64,000 nt of DNA from Chloroflexota bacterium (GCA_965221905.1 OZ244922.1:3232001-3296000), one strand, 5' to 3'; shown: positions 21,484 to 31,259, counted from the first letter of the stretch. The notes: generated from the letters alone by a model not told the origin. A program made the numbers and translations.

Positions 21484-22773
21484 TCAGCGCCCGACCACGG
21501 TATCCATACCCACCAGCGGTACGTTCGTGATGAGCGAGGCCTCAAGGCTGAGGGCGCGCAAGTCTTCAGCTTCAAGATCGTGGACGTTAGCTTTGCCGCA
21601 CGCCCGCGATAGCAGTTGGATTTCCTGCGTCAAGGTAGCGATAAAGTTCGCCAGGTGCTGTGCTGCGTCTTCGAATCCCGGCAGGTTGGCTATTGATTCG
21701 AGCGCGGGATCAGCGCGTTCACGTTCATCCCATCCATCTGTCGTGCCGTCCCGCTCACTTTCGGCGTTCACTTGCTGAGCCCATGGTTCTAAAGCAACAA
21801 GCGCGGCGGTGCCGATCGAAACGGCGTCCACGCCCAGCGCCAGCGCCTTGGCAACGTCGGCGCCGCTCCGGATGCCGCCGCAGAGTATGAGGCTGACCTC
21901 GTCTTCTAGCCCCAGTGCCTCTAGCGCGTGCCGCGCCTGGCAAACTGCCGCGATTCCGGGCACGCCGGTGTGCTCATTCAGGATTGCCGGGCCGGTGGTA
22001 GCGCCGGCCTCCATCCCCTCTACCGTCACAATATCCGCGCCCGCTTTCGCCGCAAGCTGGACGTCGTCGTAAACGTGCGCGGCACTGATCTTGACGATGA
22101 TGGGCACCTGCCAATCGGTCGCTTCCCGCAATTCTTCCACCTTCTTCGGGAGATCATCCGGCCCTACCCAGTCGGGATGCCGTGTCGGTGAATGAGAAAG
22201 CCGCGAGTAAGCCGTTTCACGGTCCAAGCGCGCTGCCTGCGGTGATTCATCGCTACTTCGATAGGGCATGCCGATGCTCGGACTCACGCCCCGCACACTG
22301 ACGAGCTCAATGACATCGGCCTGCAAAAGATGCCGCGGATTAAAGCCGATGCGGTTTGGCAGCACTTCATAGGAGAGCATCTTTGCACACTCCCGTTCCG
22401 CCGCCAACATGCCGCCATGGCCGGTGGTATAGAGGATGCCGGCGCGCGAGGCTCCGAACGCCAGTGCGGCCCGCACCGCGGGCGGCAGCAATTTGGCGCC
22501 CATACCGGCAATAGTTATCGGGGTGCTCAGCACAAGCGGTCGCGCGGCAAACCGCGTCCCTAGGGTCGTTTCGGTAGTGCATTGCTCGTAGAAGGCTTCC
22601 AGCGGCACTCGGCTCAACGAGCATGGTATTAACGAGAGGTCGTCAAACGTGGGAAGGCCCCGTGACCGTTCGGAGCGCCCCAAACGAAAGCGGCCGGTTT
22701 CAGCCTTTTCCTGTATTTCGGCATATACCTGGGAAGTATACGGCGTGTCCTCAGTCCTCTCAGGCGAGTCCAT
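21484..22773 (-). CDS. FMN-binding glutamate synthase family protein (GlxD/MgsC-like, divergent)
   Basis: PTFDDL, RHPDWVGPDDL, GGIRSGADVAKALALG, RACGK..HDLEAEDL. Confidence 0.85.
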   Translation of the reverse strand: MDSPERTEDTPYTSQVYAEIQEKAETGRFRLGRSERSRGLPTFDDLSLIPCSLSRVPLEAFYEQCTTETTLGTRFAARPLVLSTPITIAGMGAKLLPPAVRAALAFGASRAGILYTTGHGGMLAAERECAKMLSYEVLPNRIGFNPRHLLQADVIELVSVRGVSPSIGMPYRSSDESPQAARLDRETAYSRLSHSPTRHPDWVGPDDLPKKVEELREATDWQVPIIVKISAAHVYDDVQLAAKAGADIVTVEGMEAGATTGPAILNEHTGVPGIAAVCQARHALEALGLEDEVSLILCGGIRSGADVAKALALGVDAVSIGTAALVALEPWAQQVNAESERDGTTDGWDERERADPALESIANLPGFEDAAQHLANFIATLTQEIQLLSRACGKANVHDLEAEDLRALSLEASLITNVPLVGMDTVVGR

Positions 22774-22793
22774 AGGAAACTCTAACTTTCAGT

Positions 22794-23447
22794 TTACAAA
22801 ATGCTCGCCGTGCCCCCGGCGCTAAACTTGCGAAACGGACGCATGTGCGAAAGGCCGGCCGTGGCGACAATCTCTGCTACGTACGCGCGCTCTTCCGGTG
22901 TCGGCTCTGCTTCAACCACACCCTCGCCAAGCTGCTTTACTCGCCCTGCCACAAATATGCGGCCGCCATTCATGCCGTGACCCAGCCGTTCACCGGCGTT
23001 GCCGCAAACGATAAGATCACCGTGATGCATCATGAAGCCACTCATGTATCCCACGTCCCCCCCTATTACCACCATACCACCAACCATCCCGATTCCGGTG
23101 CGGGCGGCCGCATTTCCCTGCACACATATCATGCCCCCGTGAATCGCGGTGCCCGTGGCATTGCCCGCGTGCCCGCGCACGACGATGCTCCCGCTCTGGA
23201 GGCCTTCGCCCGTGCTCCACCCGGCGCTGCCGTGGATTTCGATCGTAGGCCCGTCGCCCATTGCGCCGCAGTAAAAGCCCACACTTCCCGCAAAGATAAG
23301 GTGCACAGATTCAAACAACGCCACGCCGAGACTGTGCCGGCCGCGCGGGTCGTAAACGTGGATATCGTGCTGCCCCTGCTCAATCGCGCGGCGAATGAGC
23401 CGGTTGACTTCTCGCGTAGAACGATCGACAGCTTCAATGAAGAACAT
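22794..23447 (-). CDS. GXGXG beta-helix protein (GlxC/MgsB-like)
   Basis: Repeated G-x-A/V-G motifs (GSVGFYCG, GSAGWSTG, GNAAARTG). Confidence 0.85.
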   Translation of the reverse strand: MFFIEAVDRSTREVNRLIRRAIEQGQHDIHVYDPRGRHSLGVALFESVHLIFAGSVGFYCGAMGDGPTIEIHGSAGWSTGEGLQSGSIVVRGHAGNATGTAIHGGMICVQGNAAARTGIGMVGGMVVIGGDVGYMSGFMMHHGDLIVCGNAGERLGHGMNGGRIFVAGRVKQLGEGVVEAEPTPEERAYVAEIVATAGLSHMRPFRKFSAGGTASIL

Positions 23448-23474
23448 AGTGCCGACTTAAGGTAAGGCGAGCTG

Positions 23475-24404
23475 TTAAGAAGATTCCAAAGTGCTCGGTG
23501 TCCGCGTGGCCCAAACGTGCACTTCCTTAGCGTCCGGCTCCCAGGTGATCAAATCTTGATCCAGCCCTTCACAGACGGCGGCGGCTTCGGAGCTTACTAC
23601 CACGAATTCATCGGTTTCGGCAATAACAAGCGGGCGGCCGCCCATGAAGTCTTTGGCTGCGCCAAGCTCCTTCTCGGTGGCAACGACATAAGCATAGGTG
23701 CCGTCAAGCACGTCGAGAGAGGCGCGCATCGCCTCTTCCAGTGAAGCCCCTTGCTGCATTTCCATAGCGAGAAAACTGCCGATAATCTCCGCGTCGTTCG
23801 TCGTAAAGAAACGATGGCCCTGTGCCTGATATTTGCGGCGGAGCTTGTGATAGTTGGTGATCTGTCCCGTGTGCGCCACGGCCATGTCAGGCCGAGGGTG
23901 CGCCCAAAAGGGCTGCGAGTGGCTCACGTCTACCCGACTCTCAGTGGCGAGACGGGCTTGGCCGATCATGTGGGTACCTTGTATCGTGGAGAGAGCGTAC
24001 TCTTCTTCGAGATGGTCGATTGAGCCGACGTCCTTGATGATGCTGAGACGCCGACCGACGCTGAAACACTCGACTTCGCCGACGCTCTCGACAACGTCCA
24101 CGATCCCATGCACGTCTTCTACCTCATCGAGCACGAGTTGCAGCGAATGGCCCAACATGCGCGATTTGACGACGTTGGCTTTGCGACCCACGCGCCGCAC
24201 GACACGCCCACTCAGCGTGCGTCCGTCATCGCCTTCAATCTTCACTGAGACCAGCACTTGGCCGCGTGTCTCCCGCACGAAAAATGCAGCCCCGGTAGAA
24301 TCGGGCGTGTGCGGCGAAAGCGAACGCAGCATCTTGAGCGCGATGCGGCCGATCGGCGCATAGCCGTCGCCAGCGCGATCGAGGTAACCTACAACGCCAT
24401 ACAC
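23475..24404 (-). CDS. Class II glutamine amidotransferase-like protein (GlxB/MgsA-like) lacking the N-terminal Cys
   Basis: MYGVVG start, PDSTG, RLATES..SHSQPF, NDAEII, LDGTY, RPLV, SSEA. Confidence 0.82.
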   Translation of the reverse strand: MYGVVGYLDRAGDGYAPIGRIALKMLRSLSPHTPDSTGAAFFVRETRGQVLVSVKIEGDDGRTLSGRVVRRVGRKANVVKSRMLGHSLQLVLDEVEDVHGIVDVVESVGEVECFSVGRRLSIIKDVGSIDHLEEEYALSTIQGTHMIGQARLATESRVDVSHSQPFWAHPRPDMAVAHTGQITNYHKLRRKYQAQGHRFFTTNDAEIIGSFLAMEMQQGASLEEAMRASLDVLDGTYAYVVATEKELGAAKDFMGGRPLVIAETDEFVVVSSEAAAVCEGLDQDLITWEPDAKEVHVWATRTPSTLESS

Positions 24405-24536
24405 GGTTCAAACCTCCCTCTCTATCATACGCCTTCAGACTGGAAAACACGCCGCAGCCGCATCATCCCTCACCCAATGTAATTGTGACGACGGCCCGGG
24501 CAAGCATTCTGCGCTGCATGCTCTTCATTATCATCA

Positions 24537-24668
24537 GTAGCGTAGGTTTGCAACCTGCGCCCAACGAGTGCGCCGGAGGTTTGCAACCTGCGCCCACCGA
24601 GCGCAGCGTAGGTTTGCAGCCTGCGCCCACCGAATGCAGCGGAGGTTTGCAACCTGCGCCCAGCGAGT
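24537..24668 (+). repeat. Four tandem 33-bp units of a GTAG-type REP hairpin (AGGTTTGCAACCTGCGCCC)
   Basis: Units start at 24537, 24570, 24603 and 24636. Confidence 0.9.
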
Positions 24669-24835
24669 GCGGTGTTGCTCCGCAGCCCTCTACGGGTTAG
24701 CGCATTGCTACGCGAGCTACTCCCCGCCGCATCGGTGCAACCCAATGCATGTTTGGCATTCAGAACAAGCCTAATGTATAGACCGTCCAAGTGTCCCACG
24801 CGACCTCCAATTCGGGCAAATCCGGCGCTGCATGC

Positions 24836-24865
24836 TTGACCCTCTGTCCGCGCCAAACCTATAAT
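24836..24865 (+). promoter_or_regulatory. Sigma70-type promoter of tRNA-Thr
   Basis: TTGACC-N18-TATAAT, 80 bp upstream of the tRNA. Confidence 0.7.
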
Positions 24866-24945
24866 TCAAGTGTGCCTGATGGGGCGGTTTTCAAACTGAT
24901 TACGTGGTTTACCGAATCAGGACGCGGTTTCAAACCGAAGTACGC

Positions 24946-25017
24946 GCCGACGTAGCTCAATGGCAGAGCAGCGGTTTTGTAAACCGCAGGTTATGGGTTC
25001 GACTCCCTTCGTCGGCT
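24946..25017 (+). tRNA. tRNA-Thr(TGT); CCA not encoded
   Basis: Acceptor stem GCCGACG/CGTCGGC, D arm GCTC/GAGC, anticodon arm GCGGT-TTTGTAA-ACCGC, GTTCGA T loop. Confidence 0.96.
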
Positions 25018-25324
25018 CCGATTGCACTTTATGTCGAGGATATTTGGGGCGGGTGGTCACTACGCTGACGCGCCCGCCTTGTTACTATCGCGCCTCGAAT
25101 CTGCGCTGTTGCTGCCATTTCTCGCAGCAGTCGCTGTCCGATTGAACGTGCCGCTTGCTGCGAACGTACTCATAAAAACCTTCGAGACAGCTAAGGAACG
25201 CCAAGACAGCCAATTCTGGACGCGGAGCGGGTTGCAGACCTGCAGAGGCAGGCGCGGAACTGCTTACGCTATCGCAATTCACGAGAGACCGCTGCGACAT
25301 TACACAACCGTAGGGAGGTGAGAC

Positions 25325-27568
25325 GTGAGTGGTTCAACCCCCGAGCGTGTAACGATTGAGATTGACCCCCAGCCCGGCGCTGAGCCTGATCGGTGCGACA
25401 TTGCTTTCCACGGTGTTGACGGCTTGGTAGACCGTGGCTTGGCGCTCACCCTGCCGGCGGGCAGAGTCGGCGCCTGGGAGCTCACGGTCACCGTGAGCGA
25501 TACCGTCCGGCCCGGCGGCAGCTTCCTCTTCCAGCGCCACGGCTTCTTGCTCGCGCACCGCGTGCAGGACTATAACCCGCCGGCGCGTGACTACGTCTCG
25601 CTGGAAACAGATTCGGCGGCGCAACTGCGCCTCGTCGTAAACTCGCTTAACCAGTCCCACCGACCGAGCTTTGCCCAAGTGATCGTAACGGACGGCGTGC
25701 TCACAGCGGGCGATCGCTTTACCTTGCGGGTGGGCGACCGGCGTCAGGGCGGCGCCGGCAGCGAGGTCTACGATGCGACGACATTGGGGCGCTTCGTACT
25801 TGCCGTAGACCGCAACGGCAGCGGGACGTACCGTACACTCGCGTGCAGCCCGGCGACGGTTCGCATCATTTCAGAACCCCACGCGGACATGCTGCGCGTG
25901 CTCGGCCCCTCGGTGGTTGCGCCGGATGAACCCTTTGCCCTGCACCTCATTGCCTTCGATCGGCATCGCAACGTGTGCGCCCAGTACCGGGGAACGGTGA
26001 CGCTTACCGCCCCCAACGGTGCAAGCGACGCGCTCCCGCCAACGGTCTCGTTCACGCCGCGGGAACAGGGCATCCACATTATCGAGAATGTGCGCCTCAG
26101 TACGCCCGGACTCTACCGCTTCACAGCCACCGACGAAAAGACCGGCTTGCAGGCGCTGAGCAATCCCACGCTCTGCCAGGTCGCGCCAGAGCGGCGCCTG
26201 CTCTGGGGCGAGTTGCACTGCCATAGCTGGGGCGACACGACGCTCGCGCTGATGAGTGAACCAAATTTCAAGGTGCATCCCGCGCGACGGCACGACCAGG
26301 CGCGGCAGGTGGGCCGCTTGGACTTCTGCTCGCCCGGACCTATGTCCGCGCCAAACGACAAAGACCGCCCCGAGGTCTGGCAGGCGCACCAGGCAGCATT
26401 TCACGCCAATGACGAGCCAGGGACGTACGTGCCGTTTCTGGCTTACGAGGCGCATCCGGGCAGAGGCGGGGATCGCAATGTGGTCTTCTACACGCACGAA
26501 GACACCCACATCCCCATGAAAGCCCCTATGGACGACGTCATGGCTGCCTACGGTGGGCGCGATGACGTGCTCTTGGAGGCCCATATCGGCGGCGGCCCGC
26601 CCAACTGGACGGCATACCCCACCAAGGAAGCGCCATTGCTGGAAGTCACCAGCGGCCACGGTGCCTTCGAGTGGGTGCTGCAACGGGCGCTGCGCCACGG
26701 TTACCATCCGGCAGTAATTGGCTCTAGCGATGTCCACCTGCCCACGCTCGGCGCGCCGATGGCGGCCCATTGCTTCCGGGGACGCTTCAACAAAGAGCTA
26801 AATATCCGCGATTCAGGATTTGGGAGCGGACAGGTGGCCGGGGTATATGCGGAGGCCTGTGAGCGGCAGTCCATTTGGCAGGCAATCCAAAACCGCCGCA
26901 CCTTCGCCACAACCGGCGCGCGCATCATCCTGGACGTGAGCGTAAACGGGGAAGCAGGCGGCAGCATTATCGAGTCGTCAGGGCCTGTTGTAATTAACAT
27001 TCGCGCCCATGCCTGCGCGCCAGTCGAGCGCGTAGACCTGATCAGAGGCGACCGCTGTCTGGCATCCTGGTTGCCCGACACGTTGGATACCACGCTTGAC
27101 TTCACCGACGCGCAGCCGTTGCGCGAGGGGGCTTACTACGTGCGCCTGCGCCAAACCGACGGTGAGTTTGCCTGGAGCACACCGGTTTGGGTCACCTGCG
27201 CCCACGGCAGCAATACACCAGACCCAGACCTGCCGCTTTGGAACGCCCACGAGCCGGTTGACCTGGCGCAACTGCGCCCCAACGCCGCCGAGCAGTACGA
27301 ATCCGCGCTCCTGAATTACTTGGAGACCGAGGAAGACCCGGCGCTGTTTCAAGACCTGACGCCGGTGAAGCTGCTGGAGGAAGCTACGGGCCGCTCCGCC
27401 TTGTTCTATGCTTTCTTTGCACCCGACGGCTGGCCGGTAAGCATCCGCTGGTATTATGAATTCGACCTGCCCCGACTGCACCTAGACTGGGGCTGGCGGG
27501 ATTTCGGCGCACGTCCGACACCCACCAGCATCACCGAACCGGCGGAAGTCAAACCGCCCCTTGCCTGA
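25325..27568 (+). CDS. PHP-like metallohydrolase (DUF3604 / CehA-McbA-like) with accessory beta domains
   Basis: WGELHCHS, AYE...GDRNV, EVTSGHG, IGSSDVH, RRTFATTGARI, YYVRLRQTDG..AWSTPVW. Confidence 0.72.
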   Translation: MSGSTPERVTIEIDPQPGAEPDRCDIAFHGVDGLVDRGLALTLPAGRVGAWELTVTVSDTVRPGGSFLFQRHGFLLAHRVQDYNPPARDYVSLETDSAAQLRLVVNSLNQSHRPSFAQVIVTDGVLTAGDRFTLRVGDRRQGGAGSEVYDATTLGRFVLAVDRNGSGTYRTLACSPATVRIISEPHADMLRVLGPSVVAPDEPFALHLIAFDRHRNVCAQYRGTVTLTAPNGASDALPPTVSFTPREQGIHIIENVRLSTPGLYRFTATDEKTGLQALSNPTLCQVAPERRLLWGELHCHSWGDTTLALMSEPNFKVHPARRHDQARQVGRLDFCSPGPMSAPNDKDRPEVWQAHQAAFHANDEPGTYVPFLAYEAHPGRGGDRNVVFYTHEDTHIPMKAPMDDVMAAYGGRDDVLLEAHIGGGPPNWTAYPTKEAPLLEVTSGHGAFEWVLQRALRHGYHPAVIGSSDVHLPTLGAPMAAHCFRGRFNKELNIRDSGFGSGQVAGVYAEACERQSIWQAIQNRRTFATTGARIILDVSVNGEAGGSIIESSGPVVINIRAHACAPVERVDLIRGDRCLASWLPDTLDTTLDFTDAQPLREGAYYVRLRQTDGEFAWSTPVWVTCAHGSNTPDPDLPLWNAHEPVDLAQLRPNAAEQYESALLNYLETEEDPALFQDLTPVKLLEEATGRSALFYAFFAPDGWPVSIRWYYEFDLPRLHLDWGWRDFGARPTPTSITEPAEVKPPLA

Positions 27569-27613
27569 CGGAGACAATACTGGCCGGATTCTCGCCAAGA
27601 GGAACGTCATTCC

Positions 27614-27761
27614 TGTAAGTGTTGGCTAATCCGTTGACAAATTCGTCAATCCAGTTGATACCCCGGATAGTAGAAGACGGTCGGCTCCGTCATTCCGGCT
27701 TTCGCCGGAATCCATCTTCACTGCACCCTAGACTCAGGCCCCGTATCAAATACGGGGCCTG
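27614..27761. mobile_element. Truncated inverted copy of the 53750-54067 miniature element
   Basis: Begins TGTAAGTGTTGGCTAATCCGTTGACAAA (25/28 match to the intact element end) directly after CGTCATTCC. About 150 bp is colinear with the reverse complement of 53918-54067; the other end is absent. Confidence 0.75.
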
Positions 27762-27836
27762 ATATTAGCGCTGGAGGAGTGAATCCGCAGGTTTTCCGTC
27801 ACTTTCGCACAAGCGAGAACCTATACTTAGAGGAAC

Positions 27837-28916
27837 ATGCCCATGAGTTCCCCGCCATTCCCGCAAAGGAAGGAATTAAACGTCATGCGCCCCCTTGCTT
27901 TCGAATACGACCTCTCGCAGCACGTCGATGAAGCGGAGCCCGCCATGCTTTTTGGCGGCTCCACGGTCGAGGAGTTACGCGATTGGCAAGAACGGTTTCG
28001 TGCCAAGGTGCTGAGCCTGCTGGGCATTCTGCCGGAGCGTGCCGCGCTTGTGATCGAATACGAACAGGAACTTGACTGCGGTACCTACATGCGCCACAAG
28101 ATCCGCTACCAGACTGAGCGCGACGTCTGGGTGCCGGCCTATCTCCTCGTGCCCAAGGGTGTTTCCCCTACGCAGAAGTCAGCGGCGATCCTCTGCCTGC
28201 ACGGTCACGGGCGGTTCGGCAAAGACAGCGTCGTCGGCATTGACGATACGCCGGAGCGCGCGGAGGAAGTAGACCGCCTGCAATACGATTTCGGCCGCCG
28301 CTTTGCGGAACAGGGGTACGTGGTGCTTGCGCCCGATCTGCGCGGCTTTGGCGAGCGCCAGCCCCATTACCCTGATCCCAAGCCCGACTACTGTTGCCGC
28401 AACTACATGGCCGCCACTCTGCTTGGCCGCACCGTGGTCGGCTACCAACTCTGCGACCTGCACGCGGCGCTGGATGTGCTGCAGTCATTGCCTTATGTCG
28501 ATTCTGAAAAGCTGGCCGCGGCGGGCCTCTCCTACGGCGGACGCATGACCATGGTGATCAGCGCCATGGACCCCCGCATCAAGGTCTGCGTGCCCTCCGG
28601 CTGCCTGAACATGTACCAGGAACGCTTCCAAAATCTAAAACAGTGCGGCTCGCAACTCATTCCCAGCTTGCTCCTCTACGGCGACACACCTGAGATATTC
28701 TCGCTCATCGCGCCGCGCCCGATGGTCATCGAGTGGGGCCTGCAGGATAAGCTCATCCCCCACGAGTGGGCCGAGCGCGGCCTCGCCCGCATCCGCAAAG
28801 CCTACGCCGCATCGGGAAGTCCTGACAACCTCACCCTGCACCAATTCGACAAAGGCCACGTCTTCGAAGGCACCGTAGGAGCCGATATGCTACACCAGTG
28901 GCGGCAAGGAGAGTAA
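27837..28916 (+). CDS. Alpha/beta hydrolase (dienelactone hydrolase / acetyl xylan esterase-like)
   Basis: LCLHGHG, APDLRGFGER, nucleophile elbow GLSYGG, C-terminal GH. The start may be ATG 27885. Confidence 0.85.
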   Translation: MPMSSPPFPQRKELNVMRPLAFEYDLSQHVDEAEPAMLFGGSTVEELRDWQERFRAKVLSLLGILPERAALVIEYEQELDCGTYMRHKIRYQTERDVWVPAYLLVPKGVSPTQKSAAILCLHGHGRFGKDSVVGIDDTPERAEEVDRLQYDFGRRFAEQGYVVLAPDLRGFGERQPHYPDPKPDYCCRNYMAATLLGRTVVGYQLCDLHAALDVLQSLPYVDSEKLAAAGLSYGGRMTMVISAMDPRIKVCVPSGCLNMYQERFQNLKQCGSQLIPSLLLYGDTPEIFSLIAPRPMVIEWGLQDKLIPHEWAERGLARIRKAYAASGSPDNLTLHQFDKGHVFEGTVGADMLHQWRQGE

Positions 28917-28976
28917 CAGGCAGAGACCTCGCCCAGTATGCGCCCGCCGACTCGTGAGCATTGGTAGGAAGATCCC

Positions 28977-29088
28977 GTAGGGGCACGACATGTCGTGCCC
29001 CTACGCCATTTACCCACTGCCAGCGGGGCGGATTGCTAGGTGCGGGCGACCGGGGAAGCGCTGGCGCAGGTTACAAACCTACGCTACC
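28977..29088. repeat. Composite REP: 28-bp GTAG palindrome, spacer, GCGCAGGTTACAAACCTACGCTAC
   Basis: Same architecture as 30280-30388. Confidence 0.8.
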
Positions 29089-29266
29089 CAAACAAGACCG
29101 TCGAGACTCAAGAGACGGCTGGATTGTGTCTTTGGGGCAAGCAAGGAACTGCCAGATTGCGGCGTGAAGAGGGAGAGCTTTCCAGCCGAGAGCGAGATTC
29201 ATGACCAAGCAAGGAGCTGACCAACGCATCGATGTGGGTACATTTGTGGCTTTCAATCTCAACCCC

Positions 29267-30100
29267 CTATAGCCAGGCCGCCATCCAGTCGCTAATCTCG
29301 CGGGCCAGTTCGTCCGGGCTCTCGCCGCGGCTGGGCCTGGATACCTCCATCGTCCACGGGCCCACGTAGCCGATTTCCGCAAATGCCTGGCGAATGGCGG
29401 TCCAGTCATAGGAGTCCAACGCCGGTGAGTGGTGGTCGCTGTCGCCGTTGGGCGCGTCGAGATCGTGGATGTGTGTCCCACAGAGACGACTCCCGGCGGC
29501 TCGAATTTCGTCTGCCGGCTCCCGCTTGAGCTTGCCGGCGTGTCCCAGATCGATGATGAGACCCACTGACGCGCTGGGGTAGGGTTCGACGACCTCGCGC
29601 AGTTCTCCCATGTTGTTTAGCGGCATCTGGGGGTATGGCAGGTTTTCCAACGTGACCCGAACGCCTGTTTCTTCGATGGCTGGCAGCAGGGAGTCCAGCG
29701 AGCCTTGGATCCCTTCGCGCAGCCTCTGCGGCAGCATGGGGTCGTCAACGTCGGGGACAAAGTCCGGATTGGGGATCGGGTGAATGACCATCTCGGTAAG
29801 GCCGAGACTGCCGGCCAGCCGCAGATACCCGCTCAACACGGCGACGCTCTCCGTTCGCCACTCGTCATCGAGCGCAGCCAGGATGTTCCGGCCCGAGGGC
29901 GCGTGCATCGTCCGCGCGCGCACCGCGTGTCCCGCAAAGAGCGCCTGCAAACGGCGATCTTCATCCGCATCCGACCCGTAAACGTGGGGCTCTCGGACGT
30001 TCAACTCCACTTGCGGAAAACCGACCGCGGCGATGGCGTCCAAAGCGGCCGGAAGCTCGCGGTCTCTAAAGAGGGATGTTGAGCAGCTTGTGTTCTTCAT
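29267..30100 (-). CDS. Sugar phosphate isomerase/epimerase (xylose isomerase-like TIM barrel)
   Basis: VIHP, LENL, IDLGHA, THIHD, D.H, MEV metal ligands. Confidence 0.85.
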   Translation of the reverse strand: MKNTSCSTSLFRDRELPAALDAIAAVGFPQVELNVREPHVYGSDADEDRRLQALFAGHAVRARTMHAPSGRNILAALDDEWRTESVAVLSGYLRLAGSLGLTEMVIHPIPNPDFVPDVDDPMLPQRLREGIQGSLDSLLPAIEETGVRVTLENLPYPQMPLNNMGELREVVEPYPSASVGLIIDLGHAGKLKREPADEIRAAGSRLCGTHIHDLDAPNGDSDHHSPALDSYDWTAIRQAFAEIGYVGPWTMEVSRPSRGESPDELAREISDWMAAWL

Positions 30101-30279
30101 GGCTGAGCCTTTCGTAATTGAATTGATGGGACTGTAACCTAATGGGCCACGACGTTTCGCCAAAGGAGATCGAACTCAAGCTGAGAAATGGCGCGAGTAC
30201 TCAAACTGATTTCCGATCAATATACTCCTAGAGCAATCTTGCACTGCGTTTCAAGAAGAGGACCTCGCGCCCCGAAACC

Positions 30280-30388
30280 GTAGGGGCACGACATGTCGTG
30301 CCCCTACCCATTGCCTGCTCTTGGCGATTGGCAATGGCTGCGCCCTGCTGGAGAGGTAACGCGGACGCAGGTTGCAAACCTACGCTAC
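30280..30388. repeat. Composite REP: 28-bp GTAG palindrome, spacer, CGCAGGTTGCAAACCTACGCTAC
   Basis: Direct-orientation counterpart of 28977-29088. Confidence 0.8.
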
Positions 30389-30453
30389 CGGAGCACAATG
30401 CCCATTTACCCTATTAATTCGTACCAGACGACCACTGCCACCAAAGCCGCAGA

Positions 30454-31122
30454 CTAGCCGTAACGCTCTTCGGTCCAGGGATCGCCGCGCATGTGGTAGC
30501 CGCGTTGCTCCCAGAAGCCGGGTTTGTCGGCATTCACAAACTCCAGGCCGCGCAGCCACTTGGCGCTCTTCCAGAAGTAGAGGTGGGGCACCATCAAGCG
30601 CAGCGGCCAGCCGTGGTCCAGCGCAAGGTTCTCGCCATTGTGCTTGTACGCCAGCAGCACGTCGTCGCGTAGGAAGTCCGTCAGCGGCAGGTTGGCGGTG
30701 TAGCCCTGCTCGGCGTGGACGATCACGTGGGTCGCCTCGGGCTTGATCTTGGCCTGCTCCGCCACGTACAGGGCCGGGACGCCCTCGAACACGTTGTCGA
30801 GCAGGCTCCACGTGGTGACGCAATGAATGTCGCAGAGCACCTTCTTCGTGGGCAGGCCCATAAACGCCTCATAGTCCCAGGCGAGCGGGTTTTCAACCAG
30901 GCCGACAATGCGGAGATCCCATCTGGCGGCATCGAAACGGGGCGTCGAACCGTAGGTGAGCACCGGCCAGCCGCGCGTGATCCACTGGCCCGGCGGCACA
31001 CGCGATCGGTCTGCGGGCCTGGCGTCCAGCGCGTCGGCGGCCTCCTGGCGCACGCTCTCCGGCATCGCCGTGTCGTCGTCTCCCTGCCTTCCAAGTCCTG
31101 CGAGGAACCGTCCCAAATCCAT
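30454..31122 (-). CDS. Sulfite oxidase-like molybdopterin oxidoreductase
   Basis: RVPPGQ, DIHCVTTWS, GYTANLP, HGWPLRLMVPHLYFWKSAKW, GFWEQRGYH. Confidence 0.92.
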   Translation of the reverse strand: MDLGRFLAGLGRQGDDDTAMPESVRQEAADALDARPADRSRVPPGQWITRGWPVLTYGSTPRFDAARWDLRIVGLVENPLAWDYEAFMGLPTKKVLCDIHCVTTWSLLDNVFEGVPALYVAEQAKIKPEATHVIVHAEQGYTANLPLTDFLRDDVLLAYKHNGENLALDHGWPLRLMVPHLYFWKSAKWLRGLEFVNADKPGFWEQRGYHMRGDPWTEERYG

Positions 31123-31259
31123 TGTGCTTCTCCCTCCTGTCCACACCTGCCGCAAGGCTAATCGATGTCTTCCCCAATTGGCCGCTTTCGAATAGCAACC
31201 GCATCTGCACTGTTCGTTCCGACGCTGAAGGGTCCCACTCCCAATGTACCCGCTTACAT

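Noticed and set aside
24537-24668. CRISPR array
   Set aside because: Inter-repeat segments are only about 14 bp and similar to each other; the unit is a dispersed REP; no cas genes in the window.
24946-25017. tRNA-Thr as an island integration site
   Set aside because: No integrase, and I saw no duplicated tRNA 3' end in the window.
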